The notes under the pieces: model-generated | What the model was told of the DNA's origin: nothing | Databases searched by the model: none | Seen by the model: only the letters and a program-made list of their open reading frames with translations | DNA from: Epithemia pelagica | Lineage: Eukaryota; Protista; Bacillariophyta | DNA: 64,000 nucleotides | Assembly: GCA_946965045.2 (NCBI GenBank) | Contig: OX337228.1 | Coordinates: forward strand, 5,270,001-5,334,000 | Direction: 5' to 3' | Translations under genes and position numbers: made by a program | Shown: positions 24,686 to 37,389 of the stretch, piece by piece | Position numbering within the stretch: the first letter of the stretch is position 1 | Layout of the letters: every line of letters begins with the position of its first letter

Positions 24686-25654
24686 TCAGTCCAGCGCCCG
24701 AAGATCAGCACACAAGCCTTGAACTTTTCGGAGGAGAAGGTAGCAGATAGCAGAAAGGACTACAATGATCAGCTGTAGCAGGGGATCAATCACCCACCAA
24801 ACTTTACTGCTGGGTGGCCTATCACCAGCTATTTCGACTTGACCGGTACTTTGTGCTGGTTGATTGAGATCAGACGCACTTTCGCTGGCATCCGGTTCTG
24901 TCCTGGGTGTGTTCGTTTCGCCAGATTCATGATCCTCTGTTTCGGGGGCTTCCGTATTGTTTGCCGCAATCTGGGTGCCTTCTTCGACAGAAGGTTTGTC
25001 TCTTTCCGACGCCTCCACCTCATCGTTCTTTTCACTACGATCATCTGCCTTTTGTTTTTCTTCGTCGTCGTTGTCATCCTCGTCCTTCTTGTGATGTTCC
25101 TGCATTTGAAGACGCTGTAACTGTTCGATTTCTCTTGCAAATCTGCTGGGCTTTATTGGAGAGTCAAAGAGACTTTTCTCTCGCTTCGGTATGAGGCCTT
25201 CCACCTTGCCGCAAATGGGACAAACAAAGTCACGTGATTTTTTCGCAAGACGTTTGCGCTCCTCAGAAGACCAATCCAAAGCGCCAATAGCACCGTCTGC
25301 CGGGGTGGGGAGAAAGGAAATTAGGGCTTCAAGGATCAAACGAATTCCCCAGGCAGGTTGCCATAACTCGGGGTGATAGGCAGAGAACGAAAGACATATC
25401 TTCGTATTGGTCTCAAACCGCCCCGATGGAGTCAGAAACATGATATGCGGCGGTTTGAACGGGTAGTCCGGCGGTAGCAAAATGCGGCCATGGTAGACAC
25501 CACCTTCAAAGTCTGTCCCCTCAGCTCCGCGAATTGTGAAGTGCCATTCAAACATGTCATTCTCGAGCGGCGCTGCGTGATACTGATCCGAAGGATCCAA
25601 CGCCAATTCTCGAATGTCGGCTTGAATGCGCCTCAAAGATGGAGATTTACTCAT
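24686..25654 (-). CDS. UBE2J1: ER tail-anchored ubiquitin-conjugating enzyme E2 J1/UBC6
   Basis: FEWHFTIRG, YPFKPP, TPSGRF, KICLSFSAYHPELWQPAW and a C-terminal TM helix. Confidence 0.92.
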   Translation of the reverse strand: MSKSPSLRRIQADIRELALDPSDQYHAAPLENDMFEWHFTIRGAEGTDFEGGVYHGRILLPPDYPFKPPHIMFLTPSGRFETNTKICLSFSAYHPELWQPAWGIRLILEALISFLPTPADGAIGALDWSSEERKRLAKKSRDFVCPICGKVEGLIPKREKSLFDSPIKPSRFAREIEQLQRLQMQEHHKKDEDDNDDEEKQKADDRSEKNDEVEASERDKPSVEEGTQIAANNTEAPETEDHESGETNTPRTEPDASESASDLNQPAQSTGQVEIAGDRPPSSKVWWVIDPLLQLIIVVLSAICYLLLRKVQGLCADLRALD

Positions 25655-25978
25655 CGTGTTCCGTTGTTTTGGTTGAGAAGAAATGACCGGGAGAACTGCA
25701 TGGGTCCGAGTATCTATTATCAGAGTTCATATCCGTATCGTAGTGTCGATAGACTAGTTGCGTCCGTTGTGCGTTGCGTTTTGCGTGGTCGTACTTACGA
25801 ATCGACACGTGGTACTTAGTAGCTAATGATAGTAGCGATAGTACACGCCTCTAAGTTGGGGGCATGGGTTCATTATTGAAAATATAGACACCTCCAGATT
25901 CTTACCCTTACCACAATAGTTCAATCCTTGATCTTCTAATGAACGAGGAAGTATCCGATGAATGACGAACACTGTACA

Positions 25979-26662
25979 TCAAGGATTGGGATTCCCCTTT
26001 CCCAGTCTGTCAGCAATCGGTACAAAGTTCGATCCATCACGGGGTTGCGTGGGAAGTTTTCCTCGGATAACATACGCCAACGTTTGAACAACTTGTGCCG
26101 GGTCTTCGCAAACTACATTCGAAGCCTGGTTCACCTCTTTGAGCATGTGGCTGATTGTAGGGGGATGTAAAGTGATGATTGGCTTCGCTAGAGCTGCAGC
26201 AAATCCGGCATCGAAAGCAGCATTCCATTGTCTATACTTTTCACCAAATCGAACGACAACAATATCGGCCTGTCGTATCAGAGACTGTGTGCGGATTGCA
26301 TTCATGTTCGCGCCAATCATGTCCCAGTTTGGTCGTTTTTCCTCCATCCCCAAAATGATAGCACCTGCATACAGAGCAATATAAGAACATGAATGGTAAT
26401 ATACAGAGAACGTGTTGCTGCATGGTTGCTATTTACCACAGTCGTCGCTGTCTTCGTGGGACGTATTTGGCGCTGTCAGTCGCACTGGAAGGTTGTGATC
26501 ATTGACGCCCTTGGCAATGACATCTCGCCAGTCAGAGTGAATTTCTCCTGATAAATACACTGTCCACACTCGTTCGCCCGATGCCGAAGTCAAAGATCGT
26601 CGAGATAACCAGACAAGCCGTGAGGCGACAGATTGCGTGACCCGAACAGATGCAAAGTTCAT
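25979..26662 (-). CDS. ytoQ: YtoQ-family protein (nucleoside 2-deoxyribosyltransferase-like fold) with a mitochondrial-type presequence; intron 26365-26436
   Basis: VYLSGEIHSDWR, SHEDSDDCG, RFGEKYRQWNAAFDAG and HMLKEVN match bacterial YtoQ as I recall it. Confidence 0.85.
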
Positions 26663-26871
26663 TTTATTTGATGTGTCACCATGCGGCTCCAAATCGTCGT
26701 CTTGACTTGAGGCAAAGGGGGAGAGGATGACGCATAATAGTGAGAATTCTCCGGAGTTAATCCCGATTAAACGGGACTTCTCATAATTTATTCTCGTCTC
26801 GAGATGAAAGAGCGTCTTGTGTCATTGCTCAGGTTTTTCGATTGTAGTTCCACTGGAGAAAGGATACCATC

Positions 26872-27378
26872 ATGAAAGCGATCGCGGGTGTTGCCAAAAC
26901 AGCATTTCTCGGGTTCTTTTCGTCTCATATATTGGCTACAGTGCTCATTGACTCGCAAGCGTTGTTGCCAAAAGAATGGATTCCACTATCACTGCAAGAT
27001 CTCCTGAATTGGTATGCAACTTCGCTAAATGATCCGTTAATGGGAAACGCGAAGAATCTACTATGGCTTCAAAGCCTCGTGGGGTTGGAGTTGGTTTTTC
27101 AGTTGCCTTTCTTCGTTTGGGCCTGCTCCTGGCTCAGCTCGAACTCGAAGAGTTATCCAGAAAGCTTTCGGTACGGATGCATCGCCTATGGAGGACATGC
27201 AGCAACGAGTATGGTCCCAATACTGATGACGTTGATCACGAATGAAAAAGCCACACTCAAGGAAAAGATTGTCATCTCTTCCATCTACATTCCGTATCTT
27301 CTATTCCCCTTAGCACTTTTGCGCTATGCCACGCTCGATACCTCCAAAGACGGCAACGGCAACAAGAAGAACGCATGA
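26872..27378 (+). CDS. EXPERA-domain membrane protein (TMEM97/sigma-2-like)
   Basis: Four hydrophobic segments, NDPLM, ELVFQLPFF, YIPYLLFP and a C-terminal KKxx ER-retrieval signal. Confidence 0.8.
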   Translation: MKAIAGVAKTAFLGFFSSHILATVLIDSQALLPKEWIPLSLQDLLNWYATSLNDPLMGNAKNLLWLQSLVGLELVFQLPFFVWACSWLSSNSKSYPESFRYGCIAYGGHAATSMVPILMTLITNEKATLKEKIVISSIYIPYLLFPLALLRYATLDTSKDGNGNKKNA

Positions 27379-27618
27379 AGAAGAACTGCTATAACCACGT
27401 AGGAGTACAGTTCTTCTCCTTTGACTAGATAAGGGCAATCACAATCAGGACTTCGTTTGTAGTTTGCCCTCAGGAGTGTTATCTTAGATAGGATAGGATA
27501 TCGTACTTAGCTTCCACGTTTCGAAACGCGACTGTTCTGCTCTTGATTTTGATCTTGATCTTGGATTTCTTGGATGACCATGGATGGCCTGAATCCTGAA
27601 TCCTGAACATTTTCCAGA

Positions 27619-29012
27619 ATGGCGTCAACGACGAAGAGATTACTTGAAGTCGACGATGAAGCGGATTCGCTTCGCTTACTGCTTCATACAAAAGATGGCG
27701 TAGTACCCTATCTAACACCATCATTGCTGCACAAATGCTTCCCTCCGGTTGAACCGTTGGCCAAGCAAATGTGGATTGGAATCGCTGTTCGTGATACATG
27801 CGTACACGCAGTTCACAAAGATGGAAATGACCCGTTGACAAGCAACCCACGAGGATATACGTTCTCTGATCCTAAATATGAAGTGGATGAATGGATGAAA
27901 AAATACACTCGTTTTACTGTGCCTTCGTTTGATCTCGTTCAAGATTCTGTTGAGCAAACGTGTGATGGCCATATGTCAAACTACGTCGCCCACTCAACAG
28001 ACAAACATTTGATGCTGTGGACTCCACATGGGAGACAGGCAATATCACCTGACGAGTATTATCAATCATGTCATCGGTTGAATTCCACTTTTGCCGTATC
28101 ACTTTATGATGTGCCTCCACGCAATGGAAGTACAAAAAGCATGCAGAAGCACCGAGCTGCCTCATCGCGAAGGACCCAGAGCTGGTGCGAAAGTTTTCAG
28201 CTTGCATGTCAGAATGATCAATGGAAGCCGGAACTCTGGGTTCCGATTACTGTCCACATTGATGTATCCGAAGCTGATATCAAGACCGCGATTTCATCAT
28301 GTGCTAGAGGCGGGGAAATTGTTTCCATAAGAGGCGTTGCTCTTACTGGCTGGAACGAATTGTTGGTTGAGCACCGAACACGGCTACTAGAGGCGGCTAT
28401 CAGCACACACTATCCTATAGCTGTTCTTTCTACCCGGTCCCTCAGAGACATTCTTGAATTATGTTCCCAGCAAGTAGCTCTCATCGGATCCAACCTTCCT
28501 GCTGTATGGGCGCAGCAGAAACGAGTTTTCCTTCTTCATCTTTCCGACATCAGTGATGGTAAACGACGTCGTTCCGATGGCATGCAAGAGAGGTTTGTCC
28601 ATTTGCTTGACGAAGACGGTTGCTTCCCGCTCGCCAGCGTCAAGGAGAACAACGATGTTTCAGGACATTCGTGGTACCGTGATAAGTCACCATTGTTGAA
28701 AGGCTGCCGGTGCTTAACGTGCCAAAGTCATAGGTGAGTATGTCGGGTTTGAGATTTTCATCCGAGGGACAAAACATGGACATTTCTCTCATGTATTCTT
28801 ACGTTTCTTCTTCACAGTCGTTCTTATGTATATCATTTGGTCAACGCAAAGGAGATGCTAGGTGAAATGCTTCTTTTCATTCACAATCTACATCATCTCC
28901 TTCAAGTATTTGATCAATTCCGGCTAGCTCGGCGGAGGGGACAAGAGTCTGCTTTACTCAACCAACTTCTTTCGCAGTTACCAACGAAGTAGAGGAGCAT
29001 TCTCTGTCTTAG
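27619..29012 (+). CDS. QTRT2: Queuine tRNA-ribosyltransferase accessory subunit (QTRT2/QTRTD1-like); intron 28734-28817
   Basis: HTKDGVVPYLTP; Zn site GCRCLTC..HSRSYVYHLVNAKEMLGEMLLFIHNLHH; TGT catalytic Asp motifs not evident. Confidence 0.82.
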
Positions 29013-29459
29013 AAATCCAGTTGGCGTTTAGCCTTCAGAGATAGGAGTATCAATCATGGGTATAGAAAGCTGGTGTTGGTGTTGCGGCGACGGCGGAGTC
29101 TAACTAGACTTGGGGTAGCAATAGTAGCATTCCTTGCACTCCTACTATGAAGCTGTCAGTTGTCCTTTCAGGGTGTCAGTTATGGGCACGTGCTCGGTGC
29201 TTGCGTCCATGTCCAACTTCTTGCGCAGATCAAGAATTGAACACGTTGAGTACCGCTACAGAATTCTTCATGTCGTAGCTCGTTATATGGCCAGTCGGCC
29301 TCAACAAAAATCGACTTCCGGATGTGGGGGAGTCCAAAGTTGATTGGTGGGTGACTGGGCATGATTGTGGTTCACAGAACATCACACATGTCACCTTGAG
29401 ACCATTGACCCCATCGTTTGATCGATCAGTCGACGGAGTGCTTGTGCTAGCTTGAAACC

Positions 29460-29942
29460 ATGATCCACCTGATGGTCTCTCTCTTATCTTTCATGAAGCC
29501 AAGGGTACAAAGACTGTCTGTTCTCGTGATTCTCTCCCTCTATGCGAGTGTCATCTGGTCATTCCGGTTGACAGAGACGAAGCCTGCTCATCTCAGCCGT
29601 ACAAGAAGTCCCAGAATATCATCCAGTCTTAATGCCTCCCTGCAATTCAAGAATGTGGAACAAATGTTGGAGAAATTCGGTGACGAACCCGTCTTAATCG
29701 TTTTTACCGCAACAAATTGTGGCCCGTGCAAACTACAACGAAAGGAGCTCTCGTCCGTCAGACAAAACCTTCAATTCACTATGGTTGCGATAGACACAGA
29801 CCGATGGCCGAACGTGGGCTCTCGGTTTCACGTCGGAAAACTCCCCTGCCTTGTTGGCCTCAAGCATGGAGAGGAACTGTTCAGACTCGAGGGTCTCCGC
29901 AGCGCCGATGAGATCATATCCAACATGAGGTCGCTGGTATAA
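29460..29942 (+). CDS. Plastid-targeted thioredoxin-like protein (NCGPC)
   Basis: VFTATNCGPCK, IDTDRWP and KLPCLV (cis-Pro); signal peptide ending IWS-F. Confidence 0.85.
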   Translation: MIHLMVSLLSFMKPRVQRLSVLVILSLYASVIWSFRLTETKPAHLSRTRSPRISSSLNASLQFKNVEQMLEKFGDEPVLIVFTATNCGPCKLQRKELSSVRQNLQFTMVAIDTDRWPNVGSRFHVGKLPCLVGLKHGEELFRLEGLRSADEIISNMRSLV

Positions 29943-30037
29943 TGTTCGATCGCTTTTTATGATCATAGCTATCATTTGCTTTGGCTAGTAACTCTTATAG
30001 AATTATCACAAACATATTTCCGCCACTAGAGAGAATA

Positions 30038-31624
30038 CTAGACATTCACGGAATCGAGATTCTCGACTGCAAGCAAGTCTTTGTTGGCTTCAAGAACTGG
30101 GTCGATGTCTTGTTCAAGAAATTCGTCAACTTGCTCTGGTGCTCGACCCACAAATAACTTTGGATTGATCATATCATCCAATTTGTCATGTACAGCGCTG
30201 AATTTTTCGTTTTTCCTGATTCGTTCCACCAAATCGTTAGGTTTTCCTTCCCCTTTGACAATAGCACCCGCTTCCATCGAGTGAACACGGATTTCTTCAT
30301 GAAGGTCTTGGCGGTCTCCCCCAGCCTTAACACCTGATCAAGGCAAATGAAAAACGTTCGCGGAACAAGTGAGATGAGACACTTCGAAGTTTCATTGTGT
30401 TGAAAAGAGGGCAGACTTACACTCCATCATTATATTTTCAGTCGCCATGAACGGCAGCTCGGCCATTACATGAGCATGAACAACTTCGGGCCAAACATGC
30501 AATCCATCACTGATGTTGTCCAGTAGATTGAGGATAACGTCAGTTGCCAAGAAGGCTTCTGGAAGAATGATACGTCGAATCGCGGAATCGTCCAGTGTGC
30601 GTTCAAACCACTGACTAGCATGGGTATTGGCGGCTCCATCGGGCAATCCCATGACATAACGAGCAAGGGAACAGACGCGTTCGGAACGCATAGGATTCCG
30701 TTTATAGGCCATTGCACTTGAACCTATTTGCGTTTTGGCGAATGGCTCTTCAACCTCCTTGAGGTTAGCCAACAACCGAATATCTCCGCACATTTTGTAG
30801 GCTGATTGTGCAATGCCCGAAAGTAGACTCAAGACAAAGAATTCAAGTTTTCTGGTGTAAGTTTGACCAGACACTGAAATTGAACGTTTGAAACCCATGA
30901 GCTCGCATACCCGGAGATTCAGAGCCTTTACTTTTTCGTGATCGCCATCGAAAAGCTCAAGAAAGGAAGCTTGCGTGCCGGTTGTTCCCTTCACCCCTCT
31001 CATTGGAAGATTCTCTATCTCCGATCCAATACGCTCCAAATCTAGCAGCAAATCTTGCATCCATAATGTACTCCGCTTTCCAACAGTAGTGAGTTGAGCA
31101 GGTTGGTAATGTGTGAATCCCAATGTAGGCATATCGCGGTATTTCTTTGCAAAATCTTTCAAGGTTGCCAGAACCTTTACAAGCTTTCGCTTGATGATAA
31201 AAAGCGCCTCACGAATCTGGTGAAGGTCAGTATTGTCCCCGACATAACAAGATGTGGCTCCTAGATGAATAACGGGCATTGCTTTTGGTGCTTGGGATCC
31301 AAATGCATGGACGTGGCCCATGACGTCGTGACGAAACTCTTTTTCCTTTTCAGCGGCAAACTTAAAGTCAATGTCAAATATTTTGGAGCGCATTTCTTCT
31401 AATTGCTCGTCTGAAATGTCAAGCCCAAGTTCTTGCTCCGCAGTCGCCAAGGCAGTCCATAGTTTTCTCCATGTCGAAAATTTCATGGCCGGAGACCAGA
31501 CAAACGACATTTCTTTGGTGGCATATCGTTCGACCAAAGGATGCTCGTACGTCCGATGCTCCAAAAGAGCATCGCTCGGAAAGATAGCCGTAGCTGCTAG
31601 AAACTTGTCCGCATTACTCGTCAT
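30038..31624 (-). CDS. ADSL: Adenylosuccinate lyase; intron 30334-30420 (alternative start 31681)
   Basis: [39 protein letters not shown] and FERTLDDS; the spliced tail reads [12 protein letters not shown]. Confidence 0.97.
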
Positions 31625-31976
31625 TATGGAGCTTGTGGTTCTTTGGTCTTTCAAGACGTCAAAGTGGGTAGAGTCAGTCAATGTTTGTTGCTCTTGTTTG
31701 TCTTGTTGATGGACTCTTCGATGCAGAAAAATGTGGCGGGCAATCCATGAGGCTCATAACCCGTCCGAATCTCCATGTACAATTTACCTGATACTACTCT
31801 TCTTCTCATAACAATATACCACTTTTTGTACGGCTATGCCCAATCTAAAAAGATCCTCATCTACCTCTCGAATCATGAACTGACAAACGGCTCCAAAAAA
31901 AAAACATTGGCGTTCTCGTTCATGTCCAACTGCTGCTCAACTCGTTCGAACATTCGGATAGCGTTGCTTTGATAAG

Positions 31977-33717
31977 ATGTCGACTCCAGTCGTCGTTCAA
32001 GGTCGACCGGTCAGCAATCCGGGTGGAGGTGATAACTTTGGTTCTGCACTGGGTGGAGGTTCTGCCCCACCAACGACGGTGGATGGCATTACCAACTACG
32101 CAGACAAGGGTGTCGTACAGGAGGTGCGGTGTCGTGATCCAGTTTTTGCCCTTTTATTCTATGCTACGGTTGCGGCCATTTTGGTGGTTGCGATAATCTA
32201 CGGGCCGGATGCCCTGAACGAGGACAACAACACAAGCGACCGAGATTACGAAGGCTATGTCTATGCATCAATTATCATGGCATTTCTTTCCTTCTTCGTT
32301 TCAGCGGGAGGAGTCTCGATTCTCATGTGCATACCTGAAACTTTGATCAAAGTTTCCTTGATCTTTGTGGTTGTGTTAGCTGGTGTATGGATGGTTATGG
32401 CCTTTCTTGCTGGTAGCATCGGTCTTGGTATCCTCGGTATCTTTTTCTTCGCTATATCAGTCTGTTACGCCTACTGTGTCTGGTCAAGAATCCCATTTGC
32501 CACCATTGTACGTAGCTCATGGACACAGAACAGCTATGTACAGTTATCGCATTCGTTTTCTCACACAGTTTTGAATTACGTGGTCTCGCAAAATATCAGA
32601 ATCTCGTGACTTCAATAACTGCCATCAAATCTAACTTGGGAGTGGTTGCTTACGCGTACCTAATCACTTTTATTGCCGCTGGTTGGGCTGTGTGTTGGAG
32701 TGTCGCTTTTGTGGGAGTTTTTGACGAAACCTATGATTGTGATGAAAACAATAATTGTTCGAACCCCAACTACGGTTATCTATTCTTGCTTTTTCTGGCC
32801 TTTTTCTTCGGCCAACAGGTCCTTCAATCACTTGTTCATGTCATCACTGCGGGAACCGTGGGCCACTGGTGGTTTGAACCGAGCGAAAGTGGATGTTGTT
32901 CTCCGGCTGTCAATGGATCCTTTATTCGGGGAACGACAACGTCCTTTGGATCCATTTGCTTTGGATCTCTCATTGTTGCCATTCTCCGAACATTGGAAGC
33001 CCTTGCAAATGCCGCCAGAGCGAATGATGACGGAGGGATCTGGGCTTGTATTGCGGAATGTATCCTTTCCTGTCTCCGTGCAATCGTCGGTACGTCTTCA
33101 TTGAACAAGTGTCAAGTTTGGAGATTTTACTGTCTCAACTGTTTTGTCCATTTTATTTTCCTGGATTACCCGTGATCGTGATACCAGAATATTTCAACAA
33201 GGTAAGTGATGTGAGCAAGGGAGTTCTTAGGCCGCTTTGGCATGATTTGCTATTCGCTGTATTCACGTTATACATTCTGTCTTGTGTTTAAATTCAAAAG
33301 TGGGCTTTCATCTACGTGGGACTCTATGGATATAGCTATCTGGAAGCTGGCAAGAACGTATTCACTTTATTCAAGAACCGTGGTTGGGAAGCCATTATCG
33401 CTGATGATTTGGTGTCAAATACTCTGTTTCTTGTGAGCTTGTTAGTGGGAGGCGTGATCGGATGCGTCGGCCTTATCATTAATGCGACTTCCGATTTGTT
33501 TGATGATGCAGGAGGCGACGCAAAAGCTGTCGCATTTGTCTTGGGGTTGATAATTGGCCTGGTCATTGCCAGCATTGCGCTTTCCACGCTTGGAAGTGGG
33601 GTCAACGCTGTGATTGTACTTTTTGCAGAAGCTCCCGCCGATTTTCAGCGTAACCATCCTGAACTCTCGAACCGTATGAGGCAGATTTGGAGCGAGATAT
33701 ATCCAGGGAGTATTTAA
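31977..33717 (+). CDS. Choline transporter-like (CTL/PNS1, SLC44) protein; introns 32508-32599, 33090-33187 and 33202-33300
   Basis: CRDPVFALLF, TTSFGSICFGSLIVA and EYFNKWAFIYVGLYGYSY; multiple TM segments. Confidence 0.92.
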
Positions 33718-33856
33718 AAGAAGACACTGGCGTGGTCTTGTTTCAATTAGGGAGCCCAGACTGTCGAAGTCGATCTCGTGGAGAGTTGTATGCTCTCTCT
33801 TCGATCTTAACGCCATTCGTAAAGAACGGGTTTTAAGCTTATCGGAATAGTATATA

Positions 33857-33955
33857 GCTGTCTCCCATAAATTTTATGGGAAACAGCCAGCTGCTCGCAT
33901 AAGTTGTCTCCCTTAAGACCGCCTTAATAGAGTGTGTTTTAACCTTAAAACACAC
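33857..33955. repeat. Two hairpins at the piggyBac left end
   Basis: GCTGTCTCCCATAAA-T-TTTATGGGAAACAGC (33857-33887) and perfect GTGTGTTTTAA-CC-TTAAAACACAC (33932-33955). Confidence 0.9.
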
Positions 33956-34101
33956 GTCTCATTTTTTCGGCAATCATCACAGCGAAGGTCATCTATCCAT
34001 GTCTCGAATGGTACAAGCAACATATCATTGAATTGTCAAAGCAATCCCCACCATGTCGATGGTAAGTTTGTCTCTACTATGGTACTTATATAATGCTGCT
34101 T

Positions 34102-37100
34102 TTACAATTCATGGATTTCTGTTGTTTCATTGTTCTCACCACTGTTGTTATCACTCTCGTCTTCTTCTTCCATAGAGACTGATGATGCAACCCGTCGTCT
34201 CTTCCTTGTAAACTCCGGAGACAGGCCGTGTTTCTCTCGCAACTCCATCACAAGAGGGTGATTTTTCTTGGTTGTGTACTTGTATCTGGAGTTGATCCCC
34301 GCTTCCGCCGGACGGCACATGAATATCTCCTTACCGTGAACCGAATGCAAAATCTCAAAGCACGTATGGTCTGCAAATTGAGGCATCTTATGGATCTTCC
34401 ATCCATTTTCTCGTTCATCCTTACAATTCACTAAATGCGCGACAATACCACATTTGGCACATTGGCCAATATTCGAGAAAAGTCCTTTCATTCCCAATTC
34501 CTTCCGTTTCCACCGAAACTCCAATAAACAAACGACACAAGGAACCTTTTTATTGCACTCCAAAGGGATGGGGTAGTGACCATCTTCACAAGTTGGTCGT
34601 GTGTTTTGTTGGGTCCGCCGTGCCAAAGCATCAATCTCCTCGGTATCCACATAACTACACATTGCTTGGGCTACACACGTGTAGAAAGCATGCCTCGTAA
34701 GTTTTGTACGCCTGGACCGAAGTCGTTCCCCGGCGGAGAGATTCCAAGCGATGAATGCATTCAAGAGCATAATGTCCATGATGCCCAGACCAGTTTTCTT
34801 GTACCACTTCTTAAAATGTCCATGAGTGGCAAAACCGCCCATCTGGCACCGCATTTGGTCACCATGGTCAATCCCCCCCATGTTGTCTTGGTACCGTATC
34901 AAGGGCTGGGAGCACGGAAACTCTATCTTGATTGGTCCGACCTGCCGTTTGATCTTCCCCGTCCCAACATTCTCATAGCTCGTGACAAAATTGACACATT
35001 TTGAGTCAACCCACTGTCCAATTACAATGCCATTCACTTCGTCATGTCCCAATTTCATGGTTCCACGGTTTGTCTTTGTTTTCTTCAAATCCATGAGAAC
35101 TTTGCTCCATCCCACACGGTTGACGCGCACAGTCCCAGTAGCTAGGACGTTGAGACGGTCTCGTAGAATTACCATTAGCTGCGGTGCAGCATACCTGTTA
35201 TCCAACGATAAATGTCTGAATCCTCTTGTTTCCTTGTTGAGTTCAAGAGCATAGCAGGCGTTGACGACTGCCTTCATTGTTGTTGGAAGTTGCTTAGCCT
35301 CCTCGCGAATGTACGAATTCGTAGCATTCTTACCCTGATAGACGTCCATGTGTAAAATAGCGTAGCTAGTGGACGACGCAAGAATGAAAAAGTCCACCCG
35401 AAACTTTGCCGGTTTGTCCTTGTTATACTGTCGGACCGGGCAGTACCTTGACCGGCAACCAATACCACCTTCATCGAAAGCAAGATCCTGTGGGATCAGA
35501 AAGGATCTCTTTGAAGCTGCGTTTACAGCCTGGATAAGTTTTCGGAGTTGGAAGCACTTGTCACCTCCTCGTCCCGCCTCTTTCGACTCTGGGTGGAAAG
35601 CTCCTCTGATTTGACGGAACCGAGCAAGACGCATGTACCTTGTCGCCCAACCAGCACTATCCAGGATCTCCACTGATGGAATGGCAGTTCCAAGACTGTA
35701 CATTGTGTTGCTTGGCTGAAAGTACGCTGCATACCCGCCACTGTCGAGTGGTCGTAAAGACATCATGAGAATGATCCCAAGAAAACGGGTCATTTCTTGT
35801 AATGTGACGTCCTGCCACTTCTGAGAGTGGAAATATCCTCGGCGACCCATAAGATTGGGTCGAATCTTCTTGTGGAAATATTTGTTTGTAGCCGCTGCCA
35901 TGCCCGATATGATGGATTTGGACAATCCTCCAACGACACGGAGACAATCAAAGGGTGTTTGAAACTCATCCGCAACCCCTACCTTCAGACCATCGCCACC
36001 GCGGAACATGGAGCGGTGATGGTTTTCTTGGCCGACCCACGAGAAAGGTCTGTCAGATGCCTCTATGTTTTTGTAGTGGAAGTGTAAATTGTCGATCAAA
36101 ACCTTCAAATTTGTTGAATTGTTGGGATCTTCATCAATGTTGGACGCTGTAGAAGTATCGTCCTCTTCGTTGTTGATGTCCCCATCCTCTTCTTCATTGT
36201 CCTCGTAGCCGTCGAGTGGATCGACATTACGGTGAACAGTGTCATTCACGTCCAGATCATAGCCACCATTGTTATCTTCGTCCGAGGAATAGTCGTTGTC
36301 ATCCTCAGATTCGTCGGCTGTACTGTTGTTTTGATGCTGCTGTCTTGTCGTGACCATCGACGCACCGGTACTTGTGCTTCCAAAAAGACGTGTTGCAACT
36401 TGGTTGATTGGAGTATCGTTGTTCTCTCCATTTTCAAGAGGGGACGGAGAGGGTCCTCCTTCTGGTGCAGTCATGAGAGTTGCACGTCCCTGTGCACGCT
36501 CTTGAGTTGATGGTGGATTGGACAATGAACTTGCATGGCGGCGGGGAGAACGTCGAAGACTGGCGTCCGCAATGTCCCTGATCGCTGCTCTTCTCTGTGC
36601 TCGTTCAGCGGTCGAAGGAGGAGGTTGCTCTGCTCCTCTACGTTGGCTTTGTGAACGTGATGCAGTATTGTTATTGTTGGTTGGATTGTTGTTGTTGGTC
36701 GGATTGTTGTTGTTGGTTGGATTGTCGTTGTTGGCCGTACTATTAGTCGGAATGTTATTGAAAGTTGGAGGGTCCAGGTGAGGAACGTACACTTCAATGA
36801 AGTGACGAAGCTTCTGCTTCACAGATTGTGTTGAGACAAACCGTGTCTTGATCCAGGTTTGTGGGATGTTTAGGTTGGAAATTTGAAGGTTGTCCCATAC
36901 AATTGCATACACATTTCCATTCTTCTTCGACGGACATTCAACAATTCGGCCAAGAAGACGAAGGGGGCGGTCAGTAAGATTCGGTCGAAACCGACGGCGA
37001 AATTCTTCGTAGAAGTTGGGGTGAATCCAGAAATCATCGTGAGCCACAAAAGACCGTTTCGAGTAGCTGAATCGGGAACGCTGCTTGAGAGGATGTTGCA

Positions 37101-37389
37101 GTGGTAATTGCGTCTCGGTCTGTGTTTCCTGTGTTATTGGATCGATGGTTGGATTGGTTTCTGGTGGATTCACAGTAGCTTGTGCTACCGCTGTATGGTC
37201 GACAGCTTCTTGGTGTCCATCAGCATGAGGTTGCGGGAAATGTGGATCGGTATGTTGGTCAGAATCTGGATAGGTATGGGCTTGAGGTGCGACGGGTTGA
37301 TCAGTATCTTCATCGAGGAGTGACTATGACGAATTCGGCTGTGAGGACTCGTGATCGTCGTTCTCCGTAGGTACAACTGCAGACGACAT
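34102..37389 (-). CDS. piggyBac transposase (about 1095 codons) with an in-frame TAG at codon 22
   Basis: FDEG, LDNRY, WVDSK, MGGIDHGDQ and KWYKK motifs, plus a C-terminal Cys-rich domain. ATG 37389 is in frame with the 1023-aa ORF; the TAG lies at 37326-37324. Confidence 0.9.

Noticed and set aside
28950-29012. Alternative-frame ending of QTRT2 (LNQLLSQLPTK*) hinting at a frameshift
   Set aside because: The annotated frame also ends nearby and the tail is not conserved enough to judge.
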